Below, piece after piece: positions 39,060-51,055 of a stretch of 64,000 bases of DNA. This stretch comes from Selaginella moellendorffii (Eukaryota > Plantae > Lycopodiophyta). The first letter of the stretch is position 1; each line of letters starts with the position of its first letter. The DNA is taken from assembly GCF_000143415.4 (NCBI RefSeq), contig NW_003314275.1:2612173-2676172 (forward strand). The letters run 5' to 3'. The translations under genes and the position numbers were made by a program. The notes under the pieces were generated by a model. It had not been told where the DNA came from. It saw nothing but the letters and a program-made list of their open reading frames with translations, and did no database searches.

Positions 39060-40923
39060 ACAGTATAACCTTGGTCGGTGTCTTTTTTTTTCTTATTTCT
39101 CTTCTTGGTTGTAAACTAGAACATCTTACTGATGTTCTCACTAATTGTCATCGCTACATCTCATCGCTAAATTTTTGCTGGACAAAAGCAAATTTGTGTA
39201 TAATGTTTTGTTGCATAGAAGATTTGGCCTTGGTACAATGTTTCCAATAAGTTTGTACTCAATAATATAACGTTGCTTAACCAGTAAAAGGTTACTGGTT
39301 ATAAATATAACCAGTAATTTATAACTGGCTATAAATAAAGGTATATGTTTCAATGACCTTTCATCTGTTTAAACAAAATGTGGGTGATGCTAGGAAGCAA
39401 AATAGGAAAGTTTTATTAATTATTCACACTTGAAAATTTTTATTTTAAAACTTTCAAAAAAATTGGAAAAATAAATTTATATATCAACATCTTTCACTTG
39501 CATAAGTTTGTGCCAAGGGTTGGAGAAACCAAAGGATCTCAGCTCTCGTGGAGGTGATGCTGAGACACAGGGTCTTGTGGTCATAGACTATGCATTAGTG
39601 AATTTGAATCATATAGCTTACCAAGTTTAAAATATTGATTAGATATATTTTGATAAACAAGTTTATAGTCGATTAACAAAATTTAATGGCATAGGTTTGG
39701 ATTCGGACAAATTGCGGTATTTTATACATATTTCTATCGCGATATACAAGAGCCATTAAGATTTGGCAAGGTGACCAACTTTCTCTTTTTCGTGACGATG
39801 GACGCAATTCAAGTGCTGTCTCAGCTTGGCTTCGTATAGACCTTTACGGGACGTTCTCGAATCTCCCATGTCGCTGAAGCCACTGGAAATCCCGTCCAAA
39901 GAACTAGATACTTTCTCTTGTTCGTAATAATCACTCGTTCTACACGTCCCCCAGGAAAAAGGATATTTCCAAAAAAGTAATGCCCTAAAAGATCCGGATG
40001 AAACCTGAGCTTCCTCGGCTGCTTGTTTGACGAACTTCTTCAGGTGTTGCCCGATCCATCCAGGCGCCACCCTGGGTTATCAAAAGCCTGCGAGAAAGCG
40101 AGAAGCCTTTGGAAGGAGTGCAAAGAACCAAACGTCCTGCATCTCATGAGCGCATCCAGGTTCCCGGTGTTCAAGGTTTGCGGAATCACGCCCCTGATCA
40201 ACACCAGACGTTCAAGATCAACGACAACATTGCAAGAGGGTGCTCCTCACAATCGCTCTACTGCTCGATCCAGTGTAAGTATCGCTGCAATGCCGATCTC
40301 ACGCCGAGTCATCCAGTCTAGAGTTCGAGACCGTGATCCTGGAGATCGGGAGCAGCAAAATTTTTATGGAGAATCGAGAAGCCCAAGAGGAGGAGGTCAC
40401 CAGGTGAATCAGACGACGGAGTAAGAAGCTGACTGGAAGATCGAAAACGAAGCTGTCGGGAGGAGGAGATGGATCCTTCGGCACTGGAGCAGAAGGAGTG
40501 AGAGTACTGGACGTGTCAGAAGGATGGAATCGATCAAACAAAAAGTTGTAAAAAGTGTAATCTTCTGTCTACAATTTGGAAATATGCTCACTTGGACCTC
40601 ACACTCTTGATTTTGTCCTTTTAAAAGATTTCTACAGTAAATTTAATTGTGTGAATTCGTCTACCGTCATTTTTACTGTTAGACGCGGTGAAAGAATCGA
40701 GACTTGGACTTTACAACCTAGAAGTTGATCCTCGGACTTCGTAATTATTAATTTAATGTTTATAGTCCTTATGGTCGTCCCACTGTGAAGCATAGAACCT
40801 TACTCTGAGTAAGTCATGCAATGATCTCTTGCGATTCTCTTGCAAGTCATGCAATTATCATTAATTTCAATCTTGTTCCCAAATAGATGCTAAAACTATG
40901 CTAAGCAGAATTTTCCTTGTTTT

Positions 40924-43900
40924 TTACCGGGGTTTTATGACGAAACCAGGACTCTTTGCAAGGTCATCTAGTGTCATTTCTTTCCTCGTGCTGCTGCTCC
41001 CTCCTGATCTTATTCTTCTCAGCACAGCCTCTACGTCGCCCATCAATGGACGCTCCATGTAACTGTGGCTCGAGCACAGCAATCCCAAGTTGATGGCCTG
41101 TTCCACCTCCATCCAGTTATCTTTCGTCAACCCCATTGATCTATCCACGACTGCACCAAACTCATCCGGCCAGCAAGAAGAAACCCAGCCCTGAATCGTG
41201 CCACCATGAAACAAGCTGTTCGTGGGTGCCAATCCAGTGATTAGTTCCAGCAAAATCACTCCAAAGCTGTAGACGTCGCCTCTCACGGATGGCTTCGAGG
41301 CATAGCCATATTCTGTGGTCACAGATCAAAGTTGCGAAGTTTAGAAAGATTGGAAAGATCGGAAGAACTTAAAGAAAGCACACCTGGTGGGATGTATCCA
41401 AGAGTGCCTCGAAGCATGAGCGATACGCTCGCGATCTCCTCACTCGTCTCCAAGAGCTTGGAGATGCCAAAGTCGGCGACATGAGCCTCATAGTCTGCGT
41501 CGAGGAGGATGTTGCTAGGCTTGAGATCGCAGTGGACAACCGGAGGATCGCAGCTCTCGTGGAGGTACGCGAGCGCTTGAGCGGTCCCCAGCGCGATGTC
41601 GAGACGCATCGCCCAAGTGAGCTTGCAGGGCGTCTTGTGGAGCTGCATTTCCAGGCTTCCATTCGGCATAAAGTCGAGGACGAGCGATCGGTTGCGGCAG
41701 TAGCCCAGCGTTTTGACGAGGTTGCGGTGCCGGATGCTCAGGATGATCCGGAGCTCTTTTGTGAACAAATTGGAGCTGATCGAATCCGAGAGCAAATCCT
41801 TGAATCTCTTCACGGCTGCGGCGCTTCCATCGAGCAAGGTGGCCTTGTACACGGTTGAGGTTGCCGTGACGCCGAGAATGTTTTGCGCGGCGTATCCATC
41901 GGTGGCGTCCCAGAGCTCGGCCACGGAGAACTCTCGCAGTGTTGTGCTGAGTTCCAGCTGATCATCGAGTTCTTGTGCTGCTTCGGAGATGCTTTTGGCT
42001 CGAAGAAAGGATGGACGCCAAGAGAAGCAACATATGAAGCTTGCAATCGTGGCAGCGAGTAAAACCGGGGCTCCGATCGCGAGTGCTAGAAGAAGTTTTC
42101 TTTTCTTATGATGATCGCGAGATCTCGTCGTCGTCGTGCATGGCTTTGCGATGATTCTCCCGCAGAGCTCTGGATTTCCTTCGAAAGACGCTGCGGAGAT
42201 ATTAGCAAAAGATGGTATTTCACCGGAGAAATTGTTGGAGGAGAGATTTAAGTGCTCGAGCTTTTGCAACTTGGCCAAGAACACGGGAATCTTTCCAGTC
42301 AGGCGATTGTTAGATAGATCCAGGCCTGCAAAAGTATCGAGAGTGAGACCGATAGAATCTTTTTTTCTAAAAGATATACCACCTTGAAGGCTACTAAGCT
42401 GGCCAAGTTCGTCGGGGATAAGGCCAGAGAGCTCGTTGGAAGAGAGATCAAGAGTGTCGAGTTGAACACACTTGGAAATTCCGCGTGGAATTCCTCCAGA
42501 AAGGTTATTCCCGGAGAGATTGATTTTCTCCACCATCGTCATGATTCCAATCTCCTCCGGTATTGTCCCTTGGAGCCGGTTTCCAGCCAGAGAGAATCCA
42601 AGAGCCATGCTTGGAAAATTCAAGAGCGATCGAGGAATGGTTCCAGCAAACAAATTCGACGAGAGATCCAGCAAAGTGAGCTTGAAACACGCGTTTAAGC
42701 AGTCGGGTATCCCACCACCCAGGGAATTCCTCGAGAGATTCATGTGCTCTAGATTGGAGAGGCCACATAATTCCCTGGGTATGCTCCCGCTCAAGAGATT
42801 TCCACTGAGATCCATCTCCACGAGTGATTTGCACGAAGAAATCTCCGCTGGAAGCACTCCTTCCAGCTTGTTTCTCTGGAGGAACAAGCCTTGGAAAGAG
42901 CTAGCGTTCAAGCTGCCAATCTCTGGAGGAACTCCACCTGTGAGCTGGTTGTCATGGAGTCTCAAGCTCCGCAAACTCTGGAGCCTTCCAAGATCGTGCG
43001 GGATCTCTCCCGAGAAAGAGTTTCGCGAGAAATCCATGTTGATAAGCTTGGAGCAATTCGTGATGCTTCCGGGAATGCCGCCGCGAAAAGCGTTTGCCGC
43101 AAACGATACGTAAGTGAGGTTTTGGAGATGGCCCACTGGAAAATCCTCGAGCGATCCCGTGAGCTGGTTTCCCGTGAGCTCCAGCGTGAAGAGGCCGCGA
43201 ATTCGCGCAATCTCCAGAGGGACCTCGCCGGTAATGTTGTTGTAATAGAGCAAGATCCGCGAGAGCGAGGAGCAATTGGCCAGAGATGGCGGTATCGGTC
43301 CCGAGAGGAAATTGTTGTCCAGGCCCAGAGTCTTCAGCGATTGGAGGCGACCGAGCGATGGAGGGATCTCTCCCGTGATGGCGTTGCGGAAGAGGAAGAG
43401 GAACTGGAGGCGCGAGCAATTGGCGAGCGATGGAGGGATTCCACCCGAGAAGCTATTGCCGATCAAATTCAGGAGCTGGAGCTCGCCGAGTTCGCCGATA
43501 AAGGATGGAATCTCGCCGGTGAGATTGTTCTCCTCCGCCGCGAAGGTGGCGAGGCTGGAGAGATTCGCCATGGAAGCTGGGAGCCCTCCAGTGAGATTGT
43601 TATGGCTGAGGTCGAGCTCCTGGAGCCCCGAGCAATTCCCCAGAGATGGAGGGATCGCTCCTCCCAAGCCATTAGAGCTGAGGTCCAGCGTTGCGATCGA
43701 TGGCGAGCAGAGCTCTAGGCTGGGCGGCAGAGCTCCGCGGAGAAGATTGGCCGAGAGGTTGAGAAAGACCAAACCTCGCAAGCCGCCGCCCAGGAGGGGC
43801 GCAATGTTGACGCTCTGATCACCCATCGCCACGCTAGCACCGATTTGGAGACCGCCCAAATCGATCCTGGCGATGGACCTCCCGCTTCTGCCACCGCCAT

Positions 43901-44105
43901 CGCAGGTGATCCCCGTCCAATTGCACACGAGCTGCCGCGAGCCCGCGCTCCAATCCGCGAGAGCGCCGCCGCCGCCACTCGGTACCACGCTGCGCTTGAA
44001 CTCCAGCAGCGCATCGGCCTCCAGGAACTGCGAACTCGCTCGAGAGAAGAAAAAGATCCACGAAACCACGAGCGCAGGCAAGCCGCCATAGCCGAGAACT
44101 TCCAT
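40924..44105 (-). CDS. LRR receptor-like kinase, FLS2/LRR-XII-like, non-RD
   Basis: Signal peptide, LRRNT CNWTGITC, roughly 18 LRRs, SFEGNPELCG cap, TM helix. Kinase NILGVTATSTVYKA, VVHCDLKPSNILL, HVADFG. A single intron (~41314-41383) at GYIPP|EYG. Confidence 0.92.
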
Positions 44106-44194
44106 CGAGTGTTCGATGGAAACGGAGGACCCGTCAACGTTCCGTAATAGTCGCGTTTGACTAGAAAGTCTTGCCGCGTCATATTAAATAAATA

Positions 44195-44262
44195 TATAAC
44201 CCACGTGGCTGGACTTATACACCACGTGGCATATACAACGCGGCCAGGGCTTACGTGGCCAG
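44195..44262. promoter_or_regulatory. G-box/ABRE cluster upstream of the LRR-RLK
   Basis: CCACGTGGC twice, TTACGTGGC, duplicated GGCCAGGGCTTAC, and a TATA-like tract at ~44182-44198. Confidence 0.5.
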
Positions 44263-44265
44263 GGC

Positions 44266-45616
44266 TTACATGGAGACCTTCGGCAACTCGTAGTCCTGCT
44301 TTAAGATCTCTTGGCTCACTGGATCGACCAATATATCGTAGTTCACTGAGGCCTGCGTGCGAAAGAGAATTTCATCACAAAGATCGATCGAGAGGTAGAA
44401 GATCTTACCTTGATGGGGGGCCTGAAAAACGAGGCTCCCACATTCCCATAGAACCCTATGCGCAGGTGGATCGGGAGCTCGCGCCGCGACACATCCGCGA
44501 GTAGCTGGGCCGAGTTATAGACGATCTCGGCGCCGCGGAGATCGATCGTGCCGCTCACCTCCACGCTCCCTCGCGCCGGGATCTCGCCGCCCTCGAGCTC
44601 GCCCTTGCACATCTCGTAGCCGTAGTAGTCGACATAGACCGTCATGCGATCGTAGCGCACGCCGATCACATACCTGTTCCTCACGCGAAGATTCACGCCC
44701 AGATTGACGTCCAGGACCACCTCCGGGATCATGGAGTTGTCTGGGAACTTGCTGTTCGTGGAGAACCCTAGCAGCTGGACGCTCTCGACGGTGATCTCCG
44801 GGGGCTTGGGCCACAGCAGCCACGCCAATCCGCCTAGAACCAAGAGCCCTAGGACGACCGCGATCGTGATGAAGGCCCAGTCGGGGAATCCGGGGATAAC
44901 TCGCTGGAGATTTCGCGGAGCGCTCGTCGCGCTCGCGGGGACGAGCAAGGAGATGTGTTGATTGCCGCATTCCTGGCTCAGGATCGTGTTGTTGCGGGGA
45001 TCCACGACAAGATCGCAAGAGATTGCTACCTGGAATCATCGAAAATCGATAAACCCTAGGCTCTAGAAGAGCAAAGCCCCACCTTGATGGATGGATGGAT
45101 CGCCAGGATCTCGAGATTTCCATCGAATCCCGCCGCGACGCTCACTGGAATCTTCTCCTTGTTCGCATCCGCGATCAGCCGTATTGCGTTCTTGACGATC
45201 TCCAGCCCTTGGAGCGTCGCATTGGCGGTGAGATTGACCGTCCTCCTCGCCGGGACGCTGCCGCCCGCCGAATCGACATGGCCGAGCTCATCGCCATGGT
45301 AGTAGATCCTCACCGTGACGCGATCGTAATCCACAGCGAAGAAATTGGGATTCTCCACCTGGATCTCCAGGCGGAGATCCACATCCAGGTGGACGCCGCC
45401 GGTGGTGTTGAGATTCAAGCCCTTGAAATCAAGCCCTACGACCTCCAGCTCCGGATCCCGGGGCCACAGAAAGAACACGAGGATCACGAGCGCCAGGAAC
45501 ACGCTAATCAGGGAGCACAGCTTCGCGACAGTCCTTGCCTCGCAAAGCCCTGATTGCCTCTGCGACCTCTCCTCTTCCGGCTGATCCGGGAGCTCGTGAT
45601 AGCTTGGATCCTCCAT
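44266..45616 (-). CDS. Tandem double TM-LEA_2 (NHL-like) fusion protein, ~413 aa
   Basis: Exons 45616-45083, 45029-44409 and 44352-44266, all phase 0 and in frame. Each half has TM + WP(R/K)xP + NPNF/NRY..YDR...Y.G..LG...GG.VPAR + a D(L/I)(V/L)VDP C-terminal strand. Confidence 0.8.
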
Positions 45617-45774
45617 AGCCAGCAAGAACACACACGCGCTCGTTTTTCCCGTGGAGCTCTTAAGCTGAAATGCTGTCCGATCGACGCAGTGGAAATGCTG
45701 ACACGTAGTGCCTGCCAAGTCTACTTCAGTGTCACGTGGCAAGCTGTTCTTGCGCCACGTGGCCATGCGATGGC

Positions 45775-47532
45775 ATGGCGCCAACGCAGAGGGATGAGTA
45801 CGTACTGCGTATCCGATCTTGCGGGACGAGTATTCAAGAGGCGCGGGAGATCCACGGGAAGATTCTCCCTTTCATCAAGCCCGGGGATTCCTACGTCTTT
45901 AACAAGCTCCTGGAGCTCTATGGGCGATGCGGCAGCACAGCTCTCGCGCGAGAGGTCTTCGATGGCATGGCGATCCGGGACTATCACTCGTGGATCTTGA
46001 TGCTCACGGCCTACTCGCAGAATGGAAACATCGAGGGGACGAAGCGGCTCTTCGATCGGATGCCGCAGAGGACTGTTGTGTCGTGGAATGTTCTTCTCAC
46101 GGCATTTGCCCAGAATGGGCATTTTGACGATGCGAAGCGCGTCTTTGATTCCATGCCCGAGTGGGATCTCATCTCCTACACGGCAATGCTGGTGGCTTTC
46201 TCGCAGAACGGAGACCTTGATGATGCTCGAAAGATCTTTGATGCCATGCCGGAGAGGAATCTCGTCACTTGGAACTCGATCCTCTCGGCGTTCTCCCAGA
46301 ACGGGCATCCGCAAGAGGCCCAGCGCGCGTTTGATTCCATGCCCGAGCACAGCCAAGTCTCTTGGAACGCCCTCCTTGCGGCATATTCCCAGAATGAGAT
46401 GCTGGAAAAGGCAAAGGACGTCTTTCACAAAATGCCAGAGCAAAACTTGGTATCCTGGACGGCTATACTCGTGGCATATGCTCAGAAGGGGCATCTGGAA
46501 GATTCTAAGAGTCTCTTCGACTCGATGCCCGACCGGAACCTTGTGTCTTGGAACGCGATGCTGTCGGCATATGCCCAGAACCACCGTACGGAAGAGGCTA
46601 AGCACACGTTTGACACGATGCCCGAGCGGAGTCTAATCTCGTGGAACGCGATGCTCTCGGCCTATGTACGGAATGGGGATCTGGAAGATGCCAAGAGAAT
46701 GTTTGACGGGATGCCAGCGCAGGACCTGGTATCGTGGACCACCATGGTGACGGGATATGCCCAAGCAGGGAATATCCGCGAGGCCAAAGCTTTGTTTGAC
46801 GACATGCCCCAGCAGAGCCTTGTCTCCTGGAACTCGATGCTGACGGCATATGCCCAGGGCGGGCATCTCCGTCACGCCCGCCAGATATTCCAGCAAATGC
46901 CCCAGCAGGACGATGTCTCCTGGAACGCGATGCTCGCCGTACAGTCTCGTACGCCCTCCGCCACCGCCGCCGCCCAGCTCTTCGAGAGACTCCCGATGCT
47001 CAGCGCCGCCTCGTGGGGCGCGATGATCGCCGCCTACGCTCACAAGGGCCGGTCCTGGAACGCATTTGGGGTCTTCGCTGCAATGGCGCTCACGGATCTG
47101 CCGAATGCTGCTTGCTTCGCCTCGATCTTCATCGCTTGCAGCCACATTGGGAAGCTCTCGCTAGCGCGCCGCTGGTTCCTGGCGATGCGATCGGACTACG
47201 CCATGGATCCCACCAAGCAGCACTACTGCTGCGTGGTGGATCTCCTCGCGCGCGCCGGCTATCTCGCGGATGCCCTAGACCTAATCGCGCAGATGCCCTT
47301 CGTGCCGGACGTGTGGGAGTGGACGAGCGTCCTGGCGGCCGCCAGGAGCTACGGCGATGCCCGGCGCGGCGCCGCCGCGGCGGAGGGGATTTTAAATTTG
47401 AATCCCGCGGGTAATGGGGGGGCATATGCGTACGTGATGCTTGCGAACGTCCACAGGTGCCAGGGTCGAATCCTGCCAGCGCAACGCCAGCTATGTGGTG
47501 GCGATGGACAAGGCATCGATACTCTCCCATAA
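45775..47532 (+). CDS. PLS/SS-rich PPR protein with E domain
   Basis: About 10 short 31-aa repeats FD.MPER.LVSWN.ML.AY.QNG, then PTKQHYCCVVDLLARAG...WTSVLAA E motifs. Divergent from the LEA_2 gene across a G-box-rich 160 bp spacer. Confidence 0.93.
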   Translation: MAPTQRDEYVLRIRSCGTSIQEAREIHGKILPFIKPGDSYVFNKLLELYGRCGSTALAREVFDGMAIRDYHSWILMLTAYSQNGNIEGTKRLFDRMPQRTVVSWNVLLTAFAQNGHFDDAKRVFDSMPEWDLISYTAMLVAFSQNGDLDDARKIFDAMPERNLVTWNSILSAFSQNGHPQEAQRAFDSMPEHSQVSWNALLAAYSQNEMLEKAKDVFHKMPEQNLVSWTAILVAYAQKGHLEDSKSLFDSMPDRNLVSWNAMLSAYAQNHRTEEAKHTFDTMPERSLISWNAMLSAYVRNGDLEDAKRMFDGMPAQDLVSWTTMVTGYAQAGNIREAKALFDDMPQQSLVSWNSMLTAYAQGGHLRHARQIFQQMPQQDDVSWNAMLAVQSRTPSATAAAQLFERLPMLSAASWGAMIAAYAHKGRSWNAFGVFAAMALTDLPNAACFASIFIACSHIGKLSLARRWFLAMRSDYAMDPTKQHYCCVVDLLARAGYLADALDLIAQMPFVPDVWEWTSVLAAARSYGDARRGAAAAEGILNLNPAGNGGAYAYVMLANVHRCQGRILPAQRQLCGGDGQGIDTLP

Positions 47533-47641
47533 GGCGGGTATTTCAGGGATGTGTTCTTGCGTCTTGTTTGGCGCGGGCTAGGGTTTATAGCGACGCCGAT
47601 CTAGGTTCTTTCGTCGATCGATCGCCGGATCTTGACACGGT

Positions 47642-49325
47642 ATGGTGAGCGATCTACGTCTTGCGGCGCTCGTGCTCCTTGTAATCTTGTTCTTCTGCTA
47701 CGCGTCGGGACCGGGGATTGGGATCGAGCTCCATTCCGGGGATCCGGAGCCCGATGAGCATTCAATCGCGGAGATTTCGGAAGCGCAGCACCAGATTGTC
47801 GAGTCGGACGAACAGCTCCTTGAGATTCCATCCAATCTAATCAATGACATAACTAATGAGAGGGATCTTGCCGAAGAAAAATTTCCAGCTCTGTTCACTG
47901 AGGTAGGTTCTCCGGCTTTTTCTTCTCTCGTTTTTTTTTCTTTGTTCGTCTGAGCTGATAGAACTTTCCAGAATTCTAGCAAGGGGGAAGAAGTCACTGC
48001 CTTTGATCGCGTGCACCAGAATTCTAGCAAGGGAGAAGAACTGGAGCTTGGCACAGAGCTAGTGGTTTCAGGGGAAGAACGAAAGACGGTGCGTTTTTCT
48101 CTCGTTGGTTTGGACGAGTACAAGCGACAGGCGACGATTGAGGCCTCGGCAAACGAGAATCCAGTCGAGGAGAATACCACTGTCCGGCACAAGCTCGAAG
48201 CCGAGGGCAAGGAATACAACTTTGCCGCAGCCTCGCACGGTGCGAAAGTTGTGAGCTCAAACAAGGACGGCAAGGGTGGTGGCAACATTCTTGTCAAGGA
48301 CAACGATAAGTACTTTCGCAACCCATGCAGTGCCGAGGACAAGTTCGTGGTTGTGGAGCTCTCCGAGGAGACTCTGGTGGACACAATCGTCATCGCCAAC
48401 TACGAGCTCTACTCGTCCAATCCAAGGGAGCTGGAGCTGCTGGGGAGCCTGATGTTTCCAACCGAGGAGTGGAAGCTCTTGGGGAAGTTCGAGGCGGAGA
48501 ACGTGAGGCAACCTCAAAGGTTTGTGCTGCCGAAGCCGGAGTGGGCGAGGTATCTCAAGCTGAGGATACTGTCTCACTATGGGGCGGAGTTTTACTGCAC
48601 GCTTAGCGCCGTCGAGGTGTTTGGAGTCGCGATCGAACGCATGCTGGAAGGTTGGATTGGCAGGAAGAGCAATGAAGACTCTGGTGGCGATCCTTCACGA
48701 AAGCCGGATGTAGGAGACAAAAGGGACGCATCAACAACGCCTGGTGGTCCTACGAACGCTGGTCCCGCAGGAGGTTCCACCGGTGGTTCCCATGGCTCTT
48801 CTACGACGTCGCTTAACAAGTTCCTGATCGAAAAGTTGAAGCAATTGGAAAGGGAACATAGAGTTCTGGAGAAGTACGTTGACGATCTGAGCACTCATCA
48901 CAGCGCGGTTTTGAAGGAGTACGATCAGGAGCTGTCGAACGTGATGAAGCGACTTAAGAGTATGAATGACGCTTGGAAGAAGCAAGTAAGATTATCATAT
49001 TATATGTTTCCTTCTCGTGCTCACTTTGCTTTGTTGATTTGTTTGTCTTTGAAGCTACGTGTCGCTGAGGAGATGTTTTCCGAATCCACGGGGGAGCTCA
49101 GGTATGGTTTTCTCGCAATCCAGGTCGTTTTCTTATATGGCCTCTCTCTCTTATTTTCCTTTTTGCAGTCTATGTAGGATGCAAGTGGCTCGCATGGCCG
49201 ATCGAGAGCTCGTTGCGTTCAGTGTGGCGCTCCTGGCAGCGACGCTTCTCATTTTGCCAAAGACCAAATTCCCAATCGTCCTTGCGGTAGCAGGCTCTCT
49301 GGTGATGCTCATACTTGCCGTGTGA
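47642..49325 (+). CDS. Mid-SUN (SUN3/4/5, SLP1/SUCO-like) domain protein
   Basis: N-terminal hydrophobic segment, [64 protein letters not shown], coiled coil and C-terminal TMs. Confidence 0.92.
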
Positions 49326-50081
49326 CTGAGGAGGACTGGAACAGCAGAGACAAGCTTTTGTCGATTCGAAGTTTGTAGATCGATCAAATCGTCGTGAGAC
49401 GTTGGCGATTTTATTTTTCCCAGGTGGCGATGATTTATAGGATTAGTGTAAAGGAGCAAACGAAGAGGGATTACCTTTTTTTCTTGTTATTTAGCGTGAA
49501 TCATAAGAGATAAAGACATATCCGAAAGTTTTTCAGACATTCTTTTGGTGGTAGTTTGCTAAAGAAGGAAAAGCTTGCTTGCATAGAAAAATTTACATTC
49601 AACTTTGTTCTATCATGGCAATTTGCAATCATGGTGCTTTCATTTACTCTTGGATGGATTCTAGCCGTGGGCGCAGCTTGTTTAGCCGCATAGATCGATA
49701 CCACATGGTTGCTTCGGCGAGTTCGTCCTCCATGTCACCTCTAAATTTGGGTATCTCTTCGTCATGCCAACTTATGGCACGCCACTTTGGAGACGAGTTG
49801 AAGAATAGCTTGTAAATCACTCGCCACAATAATCCCCACATACTTTCCACAGATTTCCTTCGATAGGGTTCTTTAGTGCAACACTTTATATAGTCAAAAA
49901 CAACCTTTTGCAGCCTATAAAGCCTTAATCATGTGAAATACCCTTTCTCTTTCTTTTGGCAAGCTGCTTCCTTTCCAAGGGTTTATAGAGCGATGCTTCT
50001 CTCCATCAAGAAGCTATGGTCTCTTGCGATCATGGGCCTCCAACGCTTGGCCGCCGAGCTCCAGCGCCCTGGGAATCTGGT

Positions 50082-50303
50082 ATGGTGCTTGTGTTCTTTG
50101 TGATCTTGCTCTTATGCTCTGGGGAATCCTGACTTTGGTACATTTCCATTGCCCTCTGTTTCTTTGATCTGACTCTTGAAAATTTATAGGGAGGGGACCT
50201 GGTGCCAAAATTCCAAGTTACTAGCCTTGGCCGAGTATAAACACATGGTGAACATGAATGAATATGAGGGTCCATTTGTCTGGCTTGAAGAACACAACTA
50301 TGC
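50082..50303 (+). pseudogene. Truncated 5' fragment of the short mid-SUN gene (paralog of 62307-63334)
   Basis: Near-identical to 62307-62534 (signal-peptide exon, intron, VPKFQVTSL...NEYEGPFV..EE.NYA) with frameshifts. Ends abruptly at AT-rich TE DNA. Confidence 0.85.
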
Positions 50304-50579
50304 ATACTAGAGAAAAATTAAATTTCATGATTAATGATGAAACAATTGTGAATTTTTCACAATAAATTCGATTATAATTAAATATAGATTTTTAACCATG
50401 TGAATTATGAATGTGAGACTACAATGGTTACCTTATTATTTTTAATTGTTGATTTTGTTTTCCCATCTCTATAAGCTAAATCACAACTAACAATAATACT
50501 TTCCTTATTAATAATGCTATGATCTCTTCATTACTTAGTGACAGATATATTCATGAAAATGTTAACTTCGTTGATGCTA

Positions 50580-51055
50580 AGCACCTAGAAAACTTTCTAA
50601 TTGAATTTTAAAATTTCATTATGCTTTTTAATCTTCCACCACATCATCTTTTGCTTGAAGAAGGTGTTATCCTTATTCTATTAAAGAATACGTATCCATC
50701 TACTGAACTATGTAATGGTACATGCCTTATCTTTAAATTTTATATGTGATATCTAGCCATTATGTAATAATGCACTTGTAATGCCTATTCAAGCCATTAA
50801 ACACTCCTTACTACCAATTCTGAACTGTGAAATTGTGTTGGGCTAACTCAAAGGTCTACAAGCTTTCATCCTTCAATTTACACTTATGCATTTGAACATA
50901 TAAATTCCATTTAATATATCTAGAAGATAATTTCCAATTTGTTTGGGCTATTGCCTTATAATTTCCAAATGTCCATTTGACTGAGTCTAAATATACTTGC
51001 CATATCTAGTTTTCATATATGGACAGCTTCATATGGGTTTATCAAAATGAACATC
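50580..51055 (+). mobile_element. Helitron Pif1-helicase remnant (degenerate)
   Basis: LPPHHLLLEEGVILILLKNTYPSTELCNGTCLI resembles LPPH.L.LK.G.PIMLLRN..P..GLCNGTRL. Also RR*FPICLGY (RRQFP) and VFIYGQLHMGLS (VFSHGQLYVALS). Confidence 0.8.

Noticed and set aside
39756-40591. Possible gene remnant on the minus strand
   Set aside because: Coding-like composition, but frames are interrupted and I recognise no family.
41369-43818. Numerous antisense ORFs over the LRR-RLK (and similarly over the PPR and CDPK genes)
   Set aside because: Shadow ORFs from GC-rich repetitive codon usage.
50304-50312. ACTAG at the truncation point as a Helitron 3' end
   Set aside because: No clear subterminal hairpin, and the orientation conflicts with the adjacent plus-strand helicase remnant.
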